A stretch of DNA of 64,000 nt, taken from assembly GCA_963769025.1 (NCBI GenBank), contig CAVYKI010000009.1:1-64000 (forward strand), in the 5' to 3' direction. Positions within the stretch are counted from its first letter, which is position 1; every line of letters begins with the position of its first letter. This stretch comes from an uncultured Verrucomicrobiae bacterium. Lineage in GTDB: Bacteria; Verrucomicrobiota; Verrucomicrobiia; Chthoniobacterales; Chthoniobacteraceae. The notes beneath the pieces were generated by a model that was given only the letters and a program-made list of their open reading frames with translations, had not been told where the DNA came from and ran no database searches. Both the position numbers and the translations under genes were made by a program. Positions 61,488-64,000 of this stretch are shown here, piece by piece.

Positions 61488-62697
61488 CTACGGCTTCTTC
61501 CCCTCGAGCAGAAACTCCGCGGCCTGCGCGACGTCCTTGTCGCCGCGGCCGCTGAGGTTCGCGATGATGAGTTGATCCGGGCGCATCTTCGGGGCGCGCT
61601 TGAGGACGCCGGCGATGCCGTGCGCGCTTTCGAGCGCGGGGATGATGCCCTCCCAGCGGCTCAGCTTGCTGAAGGCGTCGAGCGCCTCGTCGTCGGTCGC
61701 GAAGTCGTAATCGATGCGGCCCTGCTCGTTGTAGATAGGCGTGCTCGGGGCCGACGGCGGCGTAGTCGAGGCCGGCGCTGACGGAATGCGTGAGCTGGAT
61801 CTGGCCGTCGTCGTCGGCGAGCAGCCACGTCTTCGTGCCCTGCAGCACGCCGAGCTTGCCGCCTTGGAAACGCGCGGCGTGTTCGCCATCGCGGATGCCG
61901 CGTCCGCCGGCTTCGACGCCGAGCATCTTCACGCCCTCGTCCTGCAGGAACGGCCAGAACAGCCCGATGGCATTGCTGCCGCCGCCGACGCACGCGACGA
62001 GCAGGTCGGGCAGACGCCCTTCCTTTTCCAAAATCTGCCGCCGCGCCTCCTCGCCGATCACGCGGTGGAAATCGCGCACGATCATCGGGAACGGATGCGA
62101 GCCGAGCGCGCAGCCGAGGATGTAATGCGTGGTGCGGACATTCGTGACCCAGTCGCGCATCGCCTCGTTCACGGCCTCCTTCAGCGTGCGCTGCCCGGCG
62201 GTGACGGGCACGACTTTCGCGCCGAGAAAATTCATCCGCGCGACATTCAGCGCCTGCCGCGCCATGTCCACCTCGCCCATGTAAATGACGCACTCGAAGC
62301 CGAACCGCGCGCACACCGTGGCCGTCGCGACGCCGTGCTGCCCCGCGCCCGTCTCGGCGATGATGCGCTTCTTGCCCATGCGCCGCGCGAGGAGGATTTG
62401 CCCGAGGGCGTTGTTGATTTTGTGCGCGCCGGTGTGGAGCAGGTCCTCGCGCTTCAGGTAAATTTTCGCGCCGCCGAGCTGCTGCGTGAGACGCTCGGCG
62501 AAGTAGAGCGGCGTGGGGCGCCCGACGTAGTCCTTGAGCAGGCCGTTCAGCTCGGTGTGGAAAGCGGGATCGGCCTTCGCCTTCTCGTATTCAGCGGTGA
62601 GTTCGAGCAACGCCGTCATCAGCGTCTCGGGCACGAACATGCCGCCGAAGCGGCCAAAGTGGCCCTTGGCGTCGGGAAGATTGGCAGTAGAAATCAT
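61488..62697 (-). CDS. trpB: tryptophan synthase beta chain (frameshift near 61738)
   Basis: [49 protein letters not shown] / [19 protein letters not shown]. Confidence 0.95.
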
Positions 62698-62808
62698 GCG
62701 CGGACGGTATGTGCGGCGCGCGTGAGCGGCAACCACGCAGTAGCCGCCGACGGAAGGAGGCGGGCATTATTCAATGCGGAATGCAGAGCGTGGAACGCGG
62801 AAAGAAAA

Positions 62809-63879
62809 TCAGCCCGCCTCCTGCCGTCGGCGGCTACGAAGTTGATCGATCGCCCGGCGGTGGGGTGCGGTGAGCGGAACTTCGGCGAGTGAGGCGAGGG
62901 GATGCCAGGCGTGATTTTCGCCGAGCGGCGAAGGTGCGGGCTGGGTAAAAACGCTGAGCGTCACGCGGTGGTGGGTGAATGGGTAGTCGAGCGAGAGCAG
63001 CGGCTCCGTTTCCGGTGCGGCGGGGAGCGAAGGGAGCTTCCACAGGCCGCGCCAACGCTTGCCGGTCTGCTGTTCGAGAAGGATGCGTCCGCGGCTCACC
63101 GTCCATGCGCAGGGCTCGGAGAGTGCGATCTGTTTGCGGCGCGGTTTCTTGCGCGGGAGTTCTGCGGCGGTGCCATTGGCGAACGCGGCGCAGTGGCTGC
63201 GGATGGGGCAGAGAAGGCATTGCGGCGCGCGCGGAGTGCAGACGAGCGCGCCGAGTTCCATGAGCGAGCCGTTGAAAGTGCGTGCGCCCTTTTCCGGCAC
63301 GAGCGAGATCGCGGCGGACCACAGTGCGGACTGGCCGGCCGTGGATTCGATGGGCGTGTGCAAGTCGAGCAGGCGCGCAAGGACGCGGGCGATGTTCGCA
63401 TCGACGAGCGGCTCCGGTAGATCGAATGCGAAGCTCGCGACTGCGCCGGCGGTGTAGCGTCCGATGCCCGGCAGCGCACGGATGAGCATCGGGTCGGGGG
63501 GCATTTCGCCGCCGTGCATTTTCACGACGGTCTTTGCGGCGCGGTGGAGGTTCCGGGCGCGCGAGTAGTAGCCGAGGCCCTGCCACACGGAGAGCACTTC
63601 GCTTTCCTCTGCATCGGCGAGCGATGCGAAGTCCGGGAAACGCGCGAGCCAGCGTCCGTAGAATGGAATCACGGTCGCGACCTGCGTCTGCTGGAGCATG
63701 ATTTCGGAGACGAGGATCGCGTAGGGATCGCGTGTCCGTCGCCACGGGAGGTCGCGAGCGGCTCTGCGGAACCACGCGACGAGGGATTTTCGCAGCAGTG
63801 CTGCGGGCATTGCGGAAGATGCGGCGTCGCGGGTGCGGGCAATGGGCTTGGCTGCGGATTGGCGGCTGGACTTCGGCAT
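62809..63879 (-). CDS. mutY: A/G-specific adenine glycosylase
   Basis: RDLPWR, VSEIMLQQTQV, WQGLGYYSRARNLH, LPGIGRYTA, VDANIARV, C-x6-C-x2-C-x5-C Fe-S motif; start 63879 or 63810. Confidence 0.94.
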   Translation of the reverse strand: MPKSSRQSAAKPIARTRDAASSAMPAALLRKSLVAWFRRAARDLPWRRTRDPYAILVSEIMLQQTQVATVIPFYGRWLARFPDFASLADAEESEVLSVWQGLGYYSRARNLHRAAKTVVKMHGGEMPPDPMLIRALPGIGRYTAGAVASFAFDLPEPLVDANIARVLARLLDLHTPIESTAGQSALWSAAISLVPEKGARTFNGSLMELGALVCTPRAPQCLLCPIRSHCAAFANGTAAELPRKKPRRKQIALSEPCAWTVSRGRILLEQQTGKRWRGLWKLPSLPAAPETEPLLSLDYPFTHHRVTLSVFTQPAPSPLGENHAWHPLASLAEVPLTAPHRRAIDQLRSRRRQEAG

Positions 63880-63932
63880 GGTTGTCGCTACTCGGGAGCC
63901 TCGTTTTTCAGAACCGGACCACAAGCGCAACC

Positions 63933-64000
63933 ATGCTTCCCGCACTCAGTTCCTATCTCATCCGCGAACACGTCGGCGCATTCAGGCTGACGGGCACGTA
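63933..64000 (+). CDS. start of a probable scramblase/LURP-like protein (partial)
   Basis: MLPALSSYLIREHVGAFRLTGT; only 22 codons are visible, divergent from mutY. Confidence 0.4.
   Translation, partial: MLPALSSYLIREHVGAFRLTGT

Noticed and set aside
6993..62697. Frameshifts in ku, ligD, nuoD, lpxI, sanA, the isomerase, hrpA, the SDR and trpB as real pseudogenes or programmed frameshifting
   Set aside because: They hit housekeeping genes, appear as scattered single-base indels without accompanying decay, and show no common slippery motif. Sequencing or assembly error is far more likely; read polishing would confirm.
62773..62802. Degenerate heptamers (ATGCGGA ATGCAGA GCGTGGA ACGCGGA) between mutY and trpB as a trp attenuator
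   Set aside because: Too degenerate; no convincing Trp-rich leader peptide or terminator on the minus strand
1..64000. CRISPR array, rRNA, prophage, integrase, shared sigma-54 promoter motif in the stress cluster
   Set aside because: No regularly spaced repeats, rRNA-like sequence or phage/integrase genes were seen, and candidate GG-N10-GC sites had the wrong spacing

Overview
GC-rich bacterial chromosomal window, most consistent with Verrucomicrobiota (Chthoniobacterales-like). This taxonomy is an inference from the H-X9-DG prepilin-like gene, the GYF_2 protein and the secreted Pro-rich protein. The window has two halves. (1) About 1-24.7 kb is an accessory general-stress/desiccation cluster: a degenerate NarL-type regulator, an AI-2E-GAF fusion, a BON protein, a transglutaminase, Ku, LigD (PE-LIG) plus a separate LigD-POL, topoisomerase IB, two SDRs, YciF, TreZ, a glycogen debranching enzyme, SurE, a DAG kinase-like gene, an IS5-disrupted 5'-nucleotidase and DsrE. 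It ends at tRNA-Arg(TCT), which has a tandem 11-bp direct repeat just upstream. (2) About 24.7-64 kb is core and metabolic: a sugar-acid operon, ribD, two pilT genes, an LRR-serine hydrolase, ogt, an orphan nuoD, lpxI-gnnA-like-lpxB, an unknown secreted gene pair, sanA, HNH, a fucose-isomerase-like/FG-GAP/MFS/cystatin-BNR glycosidase cluster, coaB, ugd, hrpA, tRNA-Leu(TAG), trpB and mutY. Many genes, including housekeeping ones, carry single-base frameshifts that are probably sequencing or assembly indels. The most notable observations are a cystatin domain (QVVAG) fused to a BNR sialidase-like propeller, a 7-bp tandem repeat inside the 5' end of the gnnA-like lipid A gene (candidate phase variation), NHEJ genes linked to TopIB with an unannotated 38-aa membrane peptide and a possible two-state RNA structure upstream, and long REP-like palindromes. 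No database searches were run; all family calls come from motifs recognised by eye.
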